Source of the DNA: Squalus acanthias
Lineage: Eukaryota
Assembly: GCA_030390025.1 (NCBI GenBank)
Contig: CM059432.1
Span: 101,062,001 to 101,126,000 of the forward strand
DNA: 64,000 nucleotides
Reading direction: 5' to 3'
In this document: positions 36,721-49,959 of the stretch, piece after piece
Position numbering within the stretch: the first letter of the stretch is position 1
Layout of the letters: every line of letters begins with the position of its first letter
Program-made: the position numbers and the translations under genes
Notes under the pieces: generated by a model
Told to the model about the DNA's origin: nothing
Databases searched by the model: none
Seen by the model: the letters and a program-made list of their open reading frames with translations, nothing else

Positions 36721-37649
36721 TCCCAGGATCTCGCACGCAGTACTCCAGCTTTGTGCAGGGGGTCAACACTGCAAGAGAGGTCCTCTACCCATAGGGGCCA
36801 GGAGGCCCTCCAGAAAGAAGGATGTGGGACCAGATCACAGAGGCCATCACTGCCAGCAGTGTCGACCCCACCCCCTGGCTCCAATGCCCAAAGAAGCTTA
36901 ATGACCTCAGACGAGTGGTCAAGGTCAGTGAATGCATCTTCAAAAGTCATCTCCTACCAACCACACCACGAGCCTCGCACACTGCTCATTGCACGACACC
37001 ACCCCCGCCCATCACTCACCTACCAACAATCTGTACCATACACGAGGCACATTCCATTCCTAGCTTCACCGCACCCCCTTGGAGGAGACAGTGCTGGCCA
37101 TTCTTAGTCGGGACATGGCTGAGCCCTTGGCCAGCGGTGAGGCTGAAAGAATACAAGATGCTGGTATCCTCATATGTTATCCTCCTTCTCGTATGCACCT
37201 CTTGCTTTCCCGCCCTCCCCTCACAAGAAGAAAATAAAACATCACTCAATTTAACGCCACCAGCTCCTCAAGGTCGCACTGCAAGGCCATTTGCAGTGTC
37301 CCCCACTGAAAGTCAGGAGCCTTCCACCAGCCATGCTGCAGCCACTGGGGTAGCACTGTGTGACATCAGTAGGATAGGCAAAGGCACACACAAGACACGC
37401 ACAAATGGAATGCACAAGGGTGATTAGTTGATTTCTTGATGTCAGAAAGTTCTTTGTTTTAAGATTCCTTCAGCTATTCATTATATCATGCTGTGTCTTT
37501 GAAAGTGGTAAAATAGAACACTACTAGACTTTGTACTGAGTTTTAAATATATTTATTAAATAGTGTTAGAAGAAGCAAATAATAGCAGAGGCATAACAAT
37601 ATTACAGTAGTTGTTCAAATTTACTAGTGTTCATATAATAGAAAATAAT

Positions 37650-38411
37650 GTCCTGTATTTTCCGATCCCTACTGGTGTGTACGAGGTGTGTACACACCCG
37701 TAGGGTCATCAGAAATGCCGGTTTCAGGCATGCGAAGCGCATGTGCTGAAAACCGGCATTTCCAATCTGTCAAGAATCCTCTTGACAGATCGAACGCCTG
37801 TCCTGGAGAAGAGCCTCTGTGGGTGGAGAGTTCCGCTTTCTGCAGAACCTCCACCCGCAGAAATCACTTAAAAATCTTACGCCTGGTAAAAGCAGGCATA
37901 AGGCCTGCTTTTACCAGCATAAGAGTTTAAAAAGTTTTTAAAAATAATTTTTTTCACTCATTTATAATTTAAAAATACTTTTTAAAAAAAAGTTTATTTT
38001 TAGCCCCGTAAAAAACTTTGATTATTTTTTTCAAAAAATGTAATTTTTGTTTAAAATATTTAATTTAATGTAATTTTAACTCATTTTTAAAACGTGATGG
38101 TTTTTTAAAAATTTATTTAATGTTTTGATGTCTTTTTTCAGTGATCCCCATTCATACTTTTGACAGGTCTATCTGTCAAAAGTATGAAGGGGGATTCCCT
38201 TCTCCCATTGGCTCGCCTGGCTCACGTGATCCCAGGGACACTTGCGAACCGCATGCGCCTCTGGGATACGTGGGCCCTGCGCATTTCAACTGTGGAGAGG
38301 CCCAGGATCGGAAATGGCCGGACCTCGGGAGCCCTCAGGTAAGGGCGTAGATTTTTTTCCCCGATAGGAGGCATCCGCACGCAGGAAGCCTCCTATCGGA
38401 AATTACGGGCC
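37650..38411. mobile_element. Harbinger-type MITE family B, divergent copy 3 (762 bp)
   Basis: TIR-like GTCCTGTATTTTCCGAT / ATCGGAAAATTACGGGCC, flanks AAT / ATT; same order of hairpins, AT-rich core and ATTGGCTC..CACGTGATCCCA block as copy 2. Confidence 0.8.
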
Positions 38412-39033
38412 ATTAATAGTTCACAACTCTAGTACTATAAGTGAGACAGTAAGTACTTTTTTAAATCCGTTAAATCCCTGTTCACCAACTCCAGTAGTTA
38501 GATTTTTCTCTAAATCAGATTGCCCTCCAGCAAACCAAATAACAGTCACTGTATCATGTTAAGCTGTGACATGATTTTTATGAGTGAAACTGTTTTCTTT
38601 ACCTCATTGAGCTCCATGACATAATTAAAGGAGCTAATACCATGCCAAAAGTGAAAATGCTTCATTTTGTTGCAAATCAATTGAGTCCTGATCAGATATC
38701 CGCACACACGCTTCTACTAGGAATCACTATATAGTGATTGGGAGAATGATTGCTGAGCAATATTGCCCTTCCTAACACACCTAAACATTACATATTGTAA
38801 GGAGAAAGAACAATGTTCTCTTACAAAAGAAAAAAGAAAGAAAAAAGTACAGAAATATCAATAAAAAAAGAGACAGAAGCCAGTACCTAAAATGTACTGT
38901 AAAACATGAACATTTAAAAAGTCTAAAAAGCCTTTTTGCACAGGGGTTGGGGAGATCAGAACTACTGTCTGCCTCACAAATTGATCTTGGCATCAGAGGA
39001 AGTGAGGCTGAGGGGATGGCTTTCTCACATTAA

Positions 39034-39899
39034 GGCCGCGATTTTATTAATGGAGACGGGTTGGGTGCGAGTCAGGTGGTTTCCGGTTTCCAGTCCCGCC
39101 CCCAGCTGTATCCGGCCCACAGACGTGATTTTACCTTGATTGACCCGCTCTGCTGGCTTGCCAGCCAATTAAGAGGAAGCGGGTCAGATGACGTCATTTG
39201 ATGACGCATCATCTGCCGGTTTCCTTTAAGGGACCACACACAATTTTATTTTGACAGTTGATTTCTCAGTGTTTGACAGCATTGAGGTGCTGAAAACACT
39301 GACAATCACTGCACAAAGGTGACCTCTTGCACCCAGGCTCTCCATTGACTCCCTCCATAGGCTGGAATAGATGGCAGCTGCAGGTGAGGTGGCAGAAGCG
39401 ATCGGTCACTGGTGAGAGAGGTTCTCCCAGTGAGGCGGCACTGGACATGGATTTAAAAACTTGTAACCTAAAGAAAAGTGTAAATGTATTAAAAATGCAG
39501 TTCTCAACATTTTCTTTCCTCTGAGACTCACCATGTGCAACATTGGATCCTTCACACCACTTCTGCAGCTGTCATCAATCCAGAAACATTACAGCAGACT
39601 CACAACATGCCACACTTACCTGGCGTGGTGTCCGGACGTTGGGAAACCCGAGCCAAAAGTGGCAAAATTCAAAAATAGGCTGTTAACTATTGGCAACTAC
39701 CTGTTAATAGGCAGATAATTGCCTTTAATCCTCTTCCCGCCGCTAGGTGTCGGGTCCATTCGCAAATCGGGGACCCGATACTTGGGAAAGTTGTTTGGAG
39801 GCGGTTGACGGCGGGATCACAACCCGCCGTCAATCAAAACGATTTTAACCTCTGACCCGCCTCCAAACCCGCCCTCTGAGCACCGGAAAAATCGCAGCC
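39034..39899. mobile_element. Harbinger-type non-autonomous element, family C copy 2
   Basis: TIRs GGCCGCGATTTT / AAAATCGCAGCC, canonical TAA TSD (39031-39033, 39900-39902). Confidence 0.88.
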
Positions 39900-41212
39900 T
39901 AAGTATTTCCTCAGATACCACCCCTCTTTTACCCAGCAATCTGGACACCTGGAGGAGCCTGGTGTACAGATCAGCTTGGGGTGGAAATGGGGCCCACCTG
40001 GATAACTCTGAAACCTGCGAGCAAATGAATTAACATCAGCCCCTTTATAAACATCCCAGCAGTTGATGCTGGTTGGCCTTTGAGCAGTTTGCTCGCGCTA
40101 CATTTCCTGGGATTAAGTGACCTCACCTTGACCCTGGACCTTTTCAGTGGAAATGAAAATCGGGCACGGTATAAAACAGGCCACTGATCCGCTATGAGCC
40201 TATATCGTGCTACTGGCAAAGACCATTTTCACCCCCAACTGTATATAACCTGCAAGCCATTCCTTTACTCCTATAATTCTAATTCAGAAATTATAATTTT
40301 ATAAGGCAATGTGCCTCAACTCACTTTTGATTACCTGAAAAGTCTAAAATTCAAGATAAAATACTATTCCACTGAAATAGAGTGACCCAATCAGTTGAAA
40401 AAAAGATCAGCAAAGAGAAAATTAAAGTCTTTGTCCAGGACCTCATTTTGGAAAAGCGGGCCAAAATAACTAAGCAGTTCAGGATTTGAAAATTCTATGT
40501 CAAGAACAAATTGTTCTGCTCCCTGTCCATCTATTTTAACTGACCCTGACAACAGCAATTGCATCATCTAAGTGAAAGGTAACATCATGCCTTACAACAA
40601 GAATAATCAAAGACAGACTCTTACAACTACAAGCCAGTATCCCCATGGTGTGTTACTTTCAATACTGCAAAGAATAAGTCAATAGTTATGTTGAGGAAGA
40701 TTGACTATGATGTTGCCCATCTACCTCTATTCTTTAAAGATTGCAAATTCTTTTCAGTTACAAACATTCAGCTCTCTGTCTTGATAATCACATCTGTTAT
40801 ACACTGAGGCAAACAAATGGCCTGAGTGGCTGGGAAAACCAGGAGAGTGAAAATTCTAAGAAAAGTTTACTTTATTCATTAACAGATGCAGTGTGTTCCA
40901 AATGCCTAAAATCTGTCCTGGTCAAAGTTACCAATAATATCACGTGTGACTGTGACCGTGACCATGACATATTATCTAACTCTGTCATAATTTATATTTC
41001 CGTGACCCTCAATATGAATGATCATTCCAACCTCCTCCATCTTCTTTCCCCCGTGGTCCACCTTCTGTAGCCCCACTTTTCATGGTTCTGTTCCCATTTG
41101 TACTTACATAGCTAGCACATCTTCCAATGGCTACACCTATATGGTCATCTTCGGTGTGCCATAAGGTATTAATCTTTAGCTCGCTCCTACTCCTCATATG
41201 CTTCTTGACAAC

Positions 41213-41985
41213 ATAGAATCATAGAATAATACAGCACAGGAGGCCATTCTGCCAATCGTGCCTGGGCCGGGTCCTTGGTAGAACTATCCAACGAGTCCCA
41301 CTCTCTCGCTCTTTCCCCACAGCCCTGCAATTTTTTCCCTTTAAGTATTTATCAAATTCCCTTTTGAAAGTTACTATTGAATCTGCTTCCACCGCCCCTT
41401 CAGGCAGTGCATTCCAGATCACAACAACTCACTGCGTAAAAAATGTTTCCTCATGTCGCCTCTGGTTCTTTCGCCAATCACCTTAAATCGGTGTCTTCTG
41501 GTTACCGACCCTTCTGCCACTGGAAACAATTTCTCCTTATTTACTCTATCAAAACTGTTCATGATTTTGAACACCTCTATCAAATCTCCTAGAATCAAAG
41601 AATAGTACAGCACAGAAGGAGGCCATCCAGCCCATCGAGTCTGCATTGGCTATTTCGAAGAGCAATCCAGTTAGTCCCACTCCTCTTAACCTTCTCTGCT
41701 TTAAGGAGAACAACTCCAGCTTCTCCAGTCTCTCCACATAACTGAAGTCCCTCATCCCTGGTATCATTCTCGTAAATCTCTTCTGCACCCTCTCTAAGGC
41801 CTTGATATTCTTCCTAATGTGTGGTGGCTGGAACTGAACAAAATACTCCAGCTGAGGCCCAACCATTGTATTATAAAGGTTTAGCATAACTTCCTTACTT
41901 TTTTACTTTATTCCTCTATTAATAAAGTCAAGGACCCATATGTTTTTTTTTTTAAACAGCCTTCTCAACTTGTCCTGCCACCTTT
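41213..41985 (-). mobile_element. CR1 3' portion with a ~90-bp CR1 tail nested at ~41591-41680
   Basis: CATAGAATCATAGAA tail; ALERVQKRFTRMIPG; nested piece flanked by TCCT duplication. Confidence 0.9.
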
Positions 41986-44765
41986 TAGGCCGTCCAGTCC
42001 CGAACTGCATAGTTAAAGAAGAACACCACCGGATTCAGTTGGGTGTCCTGGTCACCTGCAATTTAAAATTATAGGCAGCGGGATGGGGGAGGGAATCCAG
42101 TGGCTAAGTCTCCCATTCCATTTTAACTGCTCCTGCCCGGTTTCCGCCGAGTGGGTAGGGAGTTCAATTCCGTCCCCAATGACTATCATCAAAATTTGGT
42201 AATGTCAGTTTACTAATGATACCAATCACCACAGAATGTTTTACCTCTCCATCTGAAAGGCAACCAAGGGTGAATGGTTGTTGTGATTTCTTGATGGAAT
42301 CGAACAAAGGACTGAGAAGGAATGAATATCAATCCTATCCATCACCAAAACCGCCTGCTTCCTCCTTTGCAACATCACCCACCTATACTCCAATCTCATG
42401 CCCACCACGCTTTCAGCAACCCTGGACTAAATGGGGGTAATTTTCCAAGTTCACACTACCAGCAATGAGCCCTGATTGCCAATGGCACATATCAAGTCAA
42501 AGTGGACATGCTGCACATTGGGAAGTTAACAGATGGAAGCGCGAAGTTTCAAAATCAGCGCTCAATTCTCCAATACCTTACTGTCCCTGAACACTTTGGA
42601 AACCGGGCAGGGAGGGCAGTTAAAATGGACTGTGACACTTACCCACTCGCTTCCCGCCCCGATCTGGCCAACTGCAATTTTAAATAGCAGGTGACAAGGA
42701 CACCCGCAAATCCCCTTCCAAGTCCTCCGATCCACTTACCTTGTGCCGGGGACTGTTCCCTTGGGTCCTTGATGGCAGCATCCAAGCCACCCAATTTTAA
42801 TGGTTGAGCAGTCGAGCCATTTTGGTCAGTAAATCAGCACACAGCATGCTAATGAAGCCCGCCATTAACATCGGTTGAGTCTCCATTCTACCTAAGCAGG
42901 ACGGACCAACCACATGCCAGGCTGTGTTCCTGCCTGGCTTGAATTTAAAATCTTCAGCCTCATCCACAAATCCTACTACGGTCTCACCCCAGCCTTAATC
43001 TGCAACCTTCTCTAGCCTTGTCTCCTCCAGTGCCCTCAGATCATCTGACTCTGTCCTCTTGTACATGAGCTTAGTCCAGGGGGTAATTACTATTATATTA
43101 TGGTCCAATTTCTTCCATGGTGCATCTATTTTCCATGTCATCAATTGATTGTATTCAGATATTATTTGGACTTTGGATTGTTCAAAGATTTGCTCCCAAA
43201 GAATTCAAACATCTGGGGTGATTTCTTGACATTTTTCCTCTAATTGTCTGGCTTTGTCTCTCTTTTGCTGGGGGAAGGAGGTGGGAACCTAAGCCAGAAT
43301 GCGATTTATTGCTGATGGCAGCCCTCTAGTAGCTCTTCCTGTGGGTGTGAGCCAGGATATTGAGTGCTGGTGGGCTAATCAGCCCAGGCAGGTATCACAG
43401 CCAAGCCTAACACAGTTGTTAACTGGGATTCACATAAGCACATTTCCAGCAGTGGTTGATAGATAGAGATTAGCATCAGGAATCCTGCTTGTTTTTTCAG
43501 AGGTATCCACATGATTTTTTTTAGCTCCTTCAGAGTACTTACAGAGGATCGATTTCATGTTTACGCTATGGAATAAATGTTTTCTCTCTTACCTGTGTGG
43601 AGCAGGATAGAAGGATTATACTAAAATTTCATGAGGCAAATACAACTCACACATATCTTTCATCAGAAACATTAGACAAAACAATGCCACTGAGGCATTT
43701 CGGGTTTGATTTTCCTCATGGGCGGATTTACTGTCGGAAGTGCACTGGAATTGTTACTAAGCCTGTCGGTGTTATACTGACATGAATGCACCCAATTTTC
43801 CTCATTGCACCTTCTACGTTATATATTGATGGTGGGCTCCGGCTCCATTAGTGCCCTTTATAAGCAGACTGCCTTTGGAGCTGAGAAAAATCCAGTGCTG
43901 CTGTACGAACGAAAAGCAAACTAACCTGCAAATAGCAGTCTTGGAAGTTACGCAGGAGCAATCAATGAAAGTGTTTTAAGCAGGGTCTTAAAGGAAGAGA
44001 GGGAGGTGGAGAGGTGGAGAGGTTTAGGGAGGGAATTCCAGAACTTAAGGCAGAGACAACTGAAGGCGCCGCCCACAAGGCGGCTCAGTGCACAAGAGGC
44101 TCGAGTTAGAGGAACAGAGTTCTCAGAGGGTTGTATGGCTGCAGAATGTTCCAGAGATAGGGAGGAGTGTGGCCATAAATGAATTTAAACACAAAGATGA
44201 GTATTTTAAATTTGAGGCATTAGAGGACTAGATCCGCACGATCAGGGGTGATAGGTGAGCAGAACTTGTGTGGGTTAAAATATGGGCAGCAGAGGTTTGC
44301 ATGAGCTTAGATCTATGGAAGGAGGATGGGAGAGCAACCAGGAATGCAGGACTAATCAAGGCTGGAGGTAACAAAGGCATGAATGAGGGATTCTGCTGAA
44401 AATGGAGTATAAGGCAGGAATGGAGGCAGGCAATGTTACCGATATAGGAATAGGAGGTCTTTGCCTTGGCGAGGGTATTGGGTTGAAAGTTCAGCTCAGA
44501 GTCAAATAGGGTACTGAGGTTGCAAACACTCTGGTTAAACCTGAGACAGTGGCTGGGAGGGGGATGGAATCGGTGGCGAGGGTAGCGAGTTTGTGGTGGG
44601 GGCTGAGGATGATGGCTTTGGTCTTTCCAATCTTTAGCTGGAGAAAACTGCGGCTCGTCCAGGACTAAATGTCGGACAAGCAATCTGACAACACAGAGGC
44701 AGTGGAGGGGGAGAAGAGAGGTGGTGGAGAGGTTGAGCTGGATGTCCTCAGTGTACATGTGGAAC

Positions 44766-47029
44766 ATATGGAACATAATCAGCACCTGTGAAGAGACGCT
44801 CGGTCACTCGACCAGGAAACACCAAGAGTGGTTCGACGAGAACGACCAGGAGATCCAGGAGCTAATAAACCGCAAGCGCAAGGCATTCCTGATCTGGAAA
44901 CAGCAACAGAACTCGAGAGCAAGAAAGCAGCTCTACAGACGCCTGAAGGCCGAGGTCCAACAAAAAACTCGCGACCTAAAGAACAGATAGTGGGTGGAGA
45001 AAGCGCAGGAGATCCAGCAGCTAGCCCACAAACACGACGTGCGTGGATTCTTTAGCGTAGTCAAGGCCACCTACAGCCCAAGCACCCCACTGCGGGCCAA
45101 GAACGGAGAGGTACTCATCAAGGACAGAGAGGAAGTCAGTGCCCGCTGGAAGGAGCACTTCGAAGATTTCCTTAACCGAGACTCTGTCTTCGACGCGAAT
45201 GTCCTCAACTCTATCCCGCAGCATGCTACCCGCCACCATCTCAGCACAACCCCAGCCCGGCATGAGGTTGAAAAGGCCATCCGACAACTGAAGCACAAGA
45301 CCTCAGGAGCAGATGGAATCCCTGCCGAGGCACTAAAGCATGGCGGAGAAGCACTACTGGCGCGAATTCATGAACTCATTTCTCTTATCTGGAAGGAGAA
45401 GAGCATGCCAGGGGATCTCAGAGACGCCATAATTGTGACCATCTTCAAGAAAAGTGACAAGTCCGATTGCGGTAATTACAGAAGAGTTTCCCTGCTGTCT
45501 GCCACAGGGAAAGTCATCGCAAGAATCCTCCTCAATCGCCTTCTCCCAGTGGCTGAAGAGCTCCTCCCAGAGTCGCAATGCGGATTCCGCCCACTAAGGG
45601 GCACAATGGACATGATCTTCACCGCACGTCAATTACAAGAGAAATGCAGGGAACAGCACCAAGCGCTGTACATGGCCTTCTTTGATCTCACAAAGGCCTT
45701 CGACACTGTCAACCGTGAGGGATTATGGAGTGTCCTCCTCAAATTCGGCTGCCCTCAAAAGTTTGTCACCATCCTCCGCCTGCTTCACGACGACATGCAA
45801 GCCGTGATCCTGACCAACGGTTCCACCACAGACCCAATTCACGTACGGACCGGGGTCAAGCAAGGCTGTGTCATCGCACAAACGCTCTTCTCGATCTTCC
45901 TTGCTGCAATGCTCCATCTCACCCTCAGTAAGCTCCCTGCTGGAGTGCAGCTAATTTACAGAACAAACGGGAAACTGTTCGTCCTCCGTCGCCTCCAGTC
46001 CAGATCCAAGGTCGTCCTATCCTCAGTCGTCGAATTACAGTACGCAGACGACGCATGCGTCTGCGCTCACTCGGAGGTCGAACTCGTCAACACCTTCACT
46101 GAAGCATACGAAAGCATGGGCCTTACACTAAACATCCGTAAGACAAAGGTCCTCTACCAACCTGCCCCCGCCACACAGTACTGCCCCCCGATTATCAAAA
46201 TCCACGACAAGGCCTTGGACAACGTGGACCACTTTCCATACCTCGGGAGCCTACTGTCAACAAGGGCAGACGTTGATGACGAAGTCCAACACCGCCTTCA
46301 GTGTGTCAGTGCAGCCTTCGGTCGCCTGAGGAAGAGAGTGTTTGAAGACCAGGACCTCAGACCTGGCACCAAGCTCATGGTCTACAGAGCAGTTGTGATA
46401 CCCGCCCTCCTGTATGCCTCAGAGACATGGACCATGTACAGCAGGCACCTCAAAGCACTGGAGAGGTACCACCAACGCTGCCTCCACAAGATCCTGCAAA
46501 TCCATTGGCAGGATAGGCGCACCAACGTCAGTGTTCTCGCTCAGGCCAACATCCCCAGCATCGAAGCTTTGACCACGCTCGATCAGCTCCGATGGACGGG
46601 TCACATCGTCCACATCCCCAATACGAGACTCCCAAAACAAGTGCTCTGCTCGGAGCTCCGATACGGCAAGAGAGCCCCAGGTGGGCAGAGGAAATGCTTC
46701 AAGGACACCCACAAAGCCTCCTTGAAAAAGTGCAACATCCCCACTGACACCTGGGAATCCCTGGCCCAAGACCGCACAAAGTGGAGGAGAAGCATCCGGG
46801 AAGGCGCCGAACACCTCGAGTCTCTTCGCCGGGAGCAAGCGGAAGCCAAGCGCAAGCAGCGCAAGGAGTGCACGTCAACCCAAGCACCCCACCCACCCGC
46901 CCCTTCAACCACCGTCTGCCCCACCTGTGACAGAGACTGTAGGTCCCGCACTGGACTCATCAGTCACCTGAGAACTCATTTTTAATGTGGAAGCAAGTCA
47001 TCCTCGGTTCCGAGGGACTGCCTAAGAAG
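44766..47029 (+). mobile_element. RTE-clade LINE, 5'-truncated, young
   Basis: 11-bp TSD ACATGTGGAAC (44755-44765, 47030-47040); short 3' UTR with CCTCGG-TT-CCGAGG hairpin; AAGAAG tail. Confidence 0.93.
44994..46985 (+). pseudogene. RTE reverse transcriptase ORF (663 aa open; same frame extends upstream past one TAG at 44988-44990)
   Basis: PESQCGFR, FFDLTKAFDTV, TGVKQGC, LQYADD, FPYLGS, C-terminal CPTCDRDCRSRTGLISHLRTH; lacks the endonuclease. Confidence 0.93.
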
Positions 47030-48142
47030 ACATGTGGAACCTGACCCCCTCAGATGATGTTGTCAAGGGATAGCATGTATATGAGGAAGAAGAATCCTTG
47101 GGAAACTCCAGAAGTAACAGTACAGCAGCGGGAAGAACATAGCTCCCTGAAGTACATAATCTTTGGAAAACCAATCCCTTTTCAATAGTCAGGGCAGCAG
47201 CAGGAGGTTACGTCAACTAAGATTCCTTTGATTTATTCTCAATAGTGCACTGCCTGCCTGCAAAAAAGATCAACCTCTTGAATCAGAAAACTTTCATTTT
47301 CTTAGTAAAAAAAAAATACATTGCAACAATTGTGCAACATTCAAAACACAAAACTAAAGAAGTGGTATCATATTAATGACTTTTTCGGCAGATGAAGGCG
47401 CCGATTTTAATTCCCCCCTCCTGGCGGAAACCAACTGGAGGGTGGGGTAATTAAAATGATGCCAATCACTTATCCCCTCTGATCCTGCTGCCTTCTCACC
47501 TTGCCCTGATCTTAACCTACTCTTTTGAGTAGGCGAGCATAACACCCACAGGAAGGGAGCAAAGTCCTTCCTTTAATATACAGATCGGGAGCTGACTGCA
47601 ATATTAGCTGGAGGCTGAGCAGAGACTCCTTCCCTGTCAGGCCAAACCTGTCGGGAGCCAGATCATGGGCTAGAAGAAGCCCAGGCAGGTTTTATAACTT
47701 CATCTTAGGTTTCCTTGTGGGCCAGGAGGAGCATGAGTGCTACTCCAGGCCTCGCGAGGAAGCCCCTCTCCCCGATTTTGGCCAGAGTCCTGACCTACCC
47801 CCGATCTCAGCTGGAACCCCCAGCACCCCCTCCTCAACCAACTACCTGGACCCATTCTCACCATGGCCTCCTGCCACCAAATTCCCGCTCCTGCCAGCTG
47901 ACCAGGATCTAGTCGGGTTTAGGCGGGACTCCGGGACAATTCATGCAAATCTTTTATATAATTGTAGAAATATAAGTGTGCATGAATATACAAACCTATT
48001 TATTGTAAAATCAAAGAGAAGTGTACCTGTGAAATCCAGTGCTCATACCTTCACTCCACGAAGAATAAAAACATTACTACATCTCAATATTTATTTCCCG
48101 GTTCCAAATAAAAACATGTAGTAAAGAAAAACGCTATACCTG

Positions 48143-48285
48143 CAATGTTCCCTGTAATTTTTTGGGGGGGCCACGCGGCCCCTTTAACGGGCTGTGTGGC
48201 CCATTCAAAAACTGCGAGGTTTTTCTATTTGAAAGCCGGCAAGCCAGCTGCGCGGAACCCCTGGAGCAGCTTAAAGGGAACATTA
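48143..48285. mobile_element. hAT-type MITE, 143 bp
   Basis: TIRs CAATGTTCCCTGTAA / TTAAAGGGAACATTA; 8-bp TSD TATACCTG / CATACCTG. Confidence 0.82.
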
Positions 48286-48758
48286 CATACCTGTAATTTG
48301 CTTTCTGTTCGGAGGGTCATACATGTTAAATTGAACACTAGTTGCCAGCAGATGTAATTTTTAAATCTTTATTTTACGTATGAAAGTATGTATACTTATT
48401 TATTATTGCCTATCATCCTTAGCATTAATTACAATGTCCCTAATTTAATATTTGATTGTAATGAATTAAATATGATTTACTGCATTGCTGAATTATCATC
48501 CAGCTAGCCACATTGCATATTAAAACAGATTTTCCACCTCTGTGCTCTTGTTGCATGCCAGGAATGTGTATTGTGAAATTGCACATCCTAGAGCCATGAC
48601 TCCCTGCCTCTTAAAATTAATGGACAGAAAATTATGGGCTGGGAGTCTTTGTGATATCTGCTCTCAACATGTGCAGGGATTGCAGAAACAGAAAACTTAA
48701 CCCTTAATGCCAAAACTCAAATCTGAGGAGACACTGCTGAATATAATGTCCCCTCAAA

Positions 48759-49422
48759 GACCTGGAGTTTCCTCTTTGGGCACAACTCAGAAGTTGCACC
48801 CGAAATTGCACCTGAATCAATGCCCATTTTGCCAGTGTCAAGTTACACCCAAGTATCCTCCCAATCTCATTAGAACATGGTCAAACTTAAAATGGCCGTA
48901 AATGGGCATAAATCAATAGAAACAATCGGGGCCCAAGGAAATGTCGAACCCGCACCAGAACATTTCTTCTTTGAGTCTTAAAATTAAAAGTTTCAACTCT
49001 TTTCACCATCATTCATGCACAGCATGTTTAAGAACCTGAAATTGAAGTAGCTCTTCAGTTTTTAATGTGGCTTCTACTGTGCCATAAATACAGCGCAGGT
49101 CTCAGTGAAGATTTGTTTTTGAAAAAACGCTCCAAAAATTGCAATTAAAAGACCAGAAAAATGAATTTGTTTCCTGCTGTGCCCAAAATTCTGCTCGCAA
49201 TTTTGAGAGACCCCCCCCAAACAAGTGCAATTGGAGGAGACTCGCGTTCGAGAGTCGGTGGGGGGCGGGAGGTTTGATGGATGGACATAAAAGATCAAGG
49301 GCATTTGGATATACTGTAGTTATATATGTAACTCACGTAACGCCCAAATTTCTGTGATATTTTAAGCCATGTAATTGATTTGCGTGTGTATCTGGGTGCA
49401 AATGCGGAGGAAACTCCAAGCC
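48759..49422. mobile_element. Older Harbinger-type MITE
   Basis: TIR-like GACCTGGAGTTTCCTC / GAGGAAACTCCAAGCC; flanks AAA / ATA. Confidence 0.6.
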
Positions 49423-49959
49423 ATAGATTTTAAACAACGTATTGCAATTTAAAATAACAAATTTATGCTATGTTAAAATAGCACAACATGAAATGTTAAG
49501 CAATGTGATGCTAGAGGACAGAGGTGCAAAATAAACTATTTCTATTTATATCACACCTGTAACGTAAAGCACCCCAAGGTGCTTCACAAAATAAATGTGT
49601 GGAAAACAGATAATGAGCAAGGAAAAGAGAAATTAAGAAGGGTGACCAAAACTTTTGTTGAACAAATGGATTTTGAGAAATTGTTTCGAAGGAGAGAGAA
49701 GCAGACAAGGAGAGAGATTTAGACAGGGAATTCCAGAGTCGGGTCCCTGCCACTGAAGGCCCAGTCACCTAAAGTGAGATGAAACATTCTTTGAAACATA
49801 TAACAAATAAAATTCCTACAGGGTTTGGCAGGGTAGATGCTGGGAGGGTGTTTCCCCTGGCTGGGGAGTCTAGAACTAGGGGTAACAGTCTCAGAGTAAG
49901 GGGTCGGCCATTTAGAGAAACTAGGGAAGAGATAGCATAGGTACCAGTATATATATGTC

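Larger units (their letters stand above)
35815..37445. mobile_element. Third Myb-bearing Harbinger derivative, right end missing, with a SINE nested
   Basis: Left TIR GGCCTAGAAATT; ORF 36822-37427 begins MWDQITEAITASSVDPTPWLQCPKKLNDLRRVVK. Confidence 0.8.
43970..47140 (-). mobile_element. Old L2 fragment (43970-44765 and 47030-47140), split by RTE
   Basis: Similar to other L2 copies; FHMYTEDIQL (decayed YADD). Confidence 0.8.

Noticed and set aside
36822..37427. 201-aa ORF as a domesticated Myb/SANT (NAIF1/MSANTD-like) gene
   Set aside because: Only the first ~35 residues are Myb-like, upstream is frameshifted, and sister copies are disrupted
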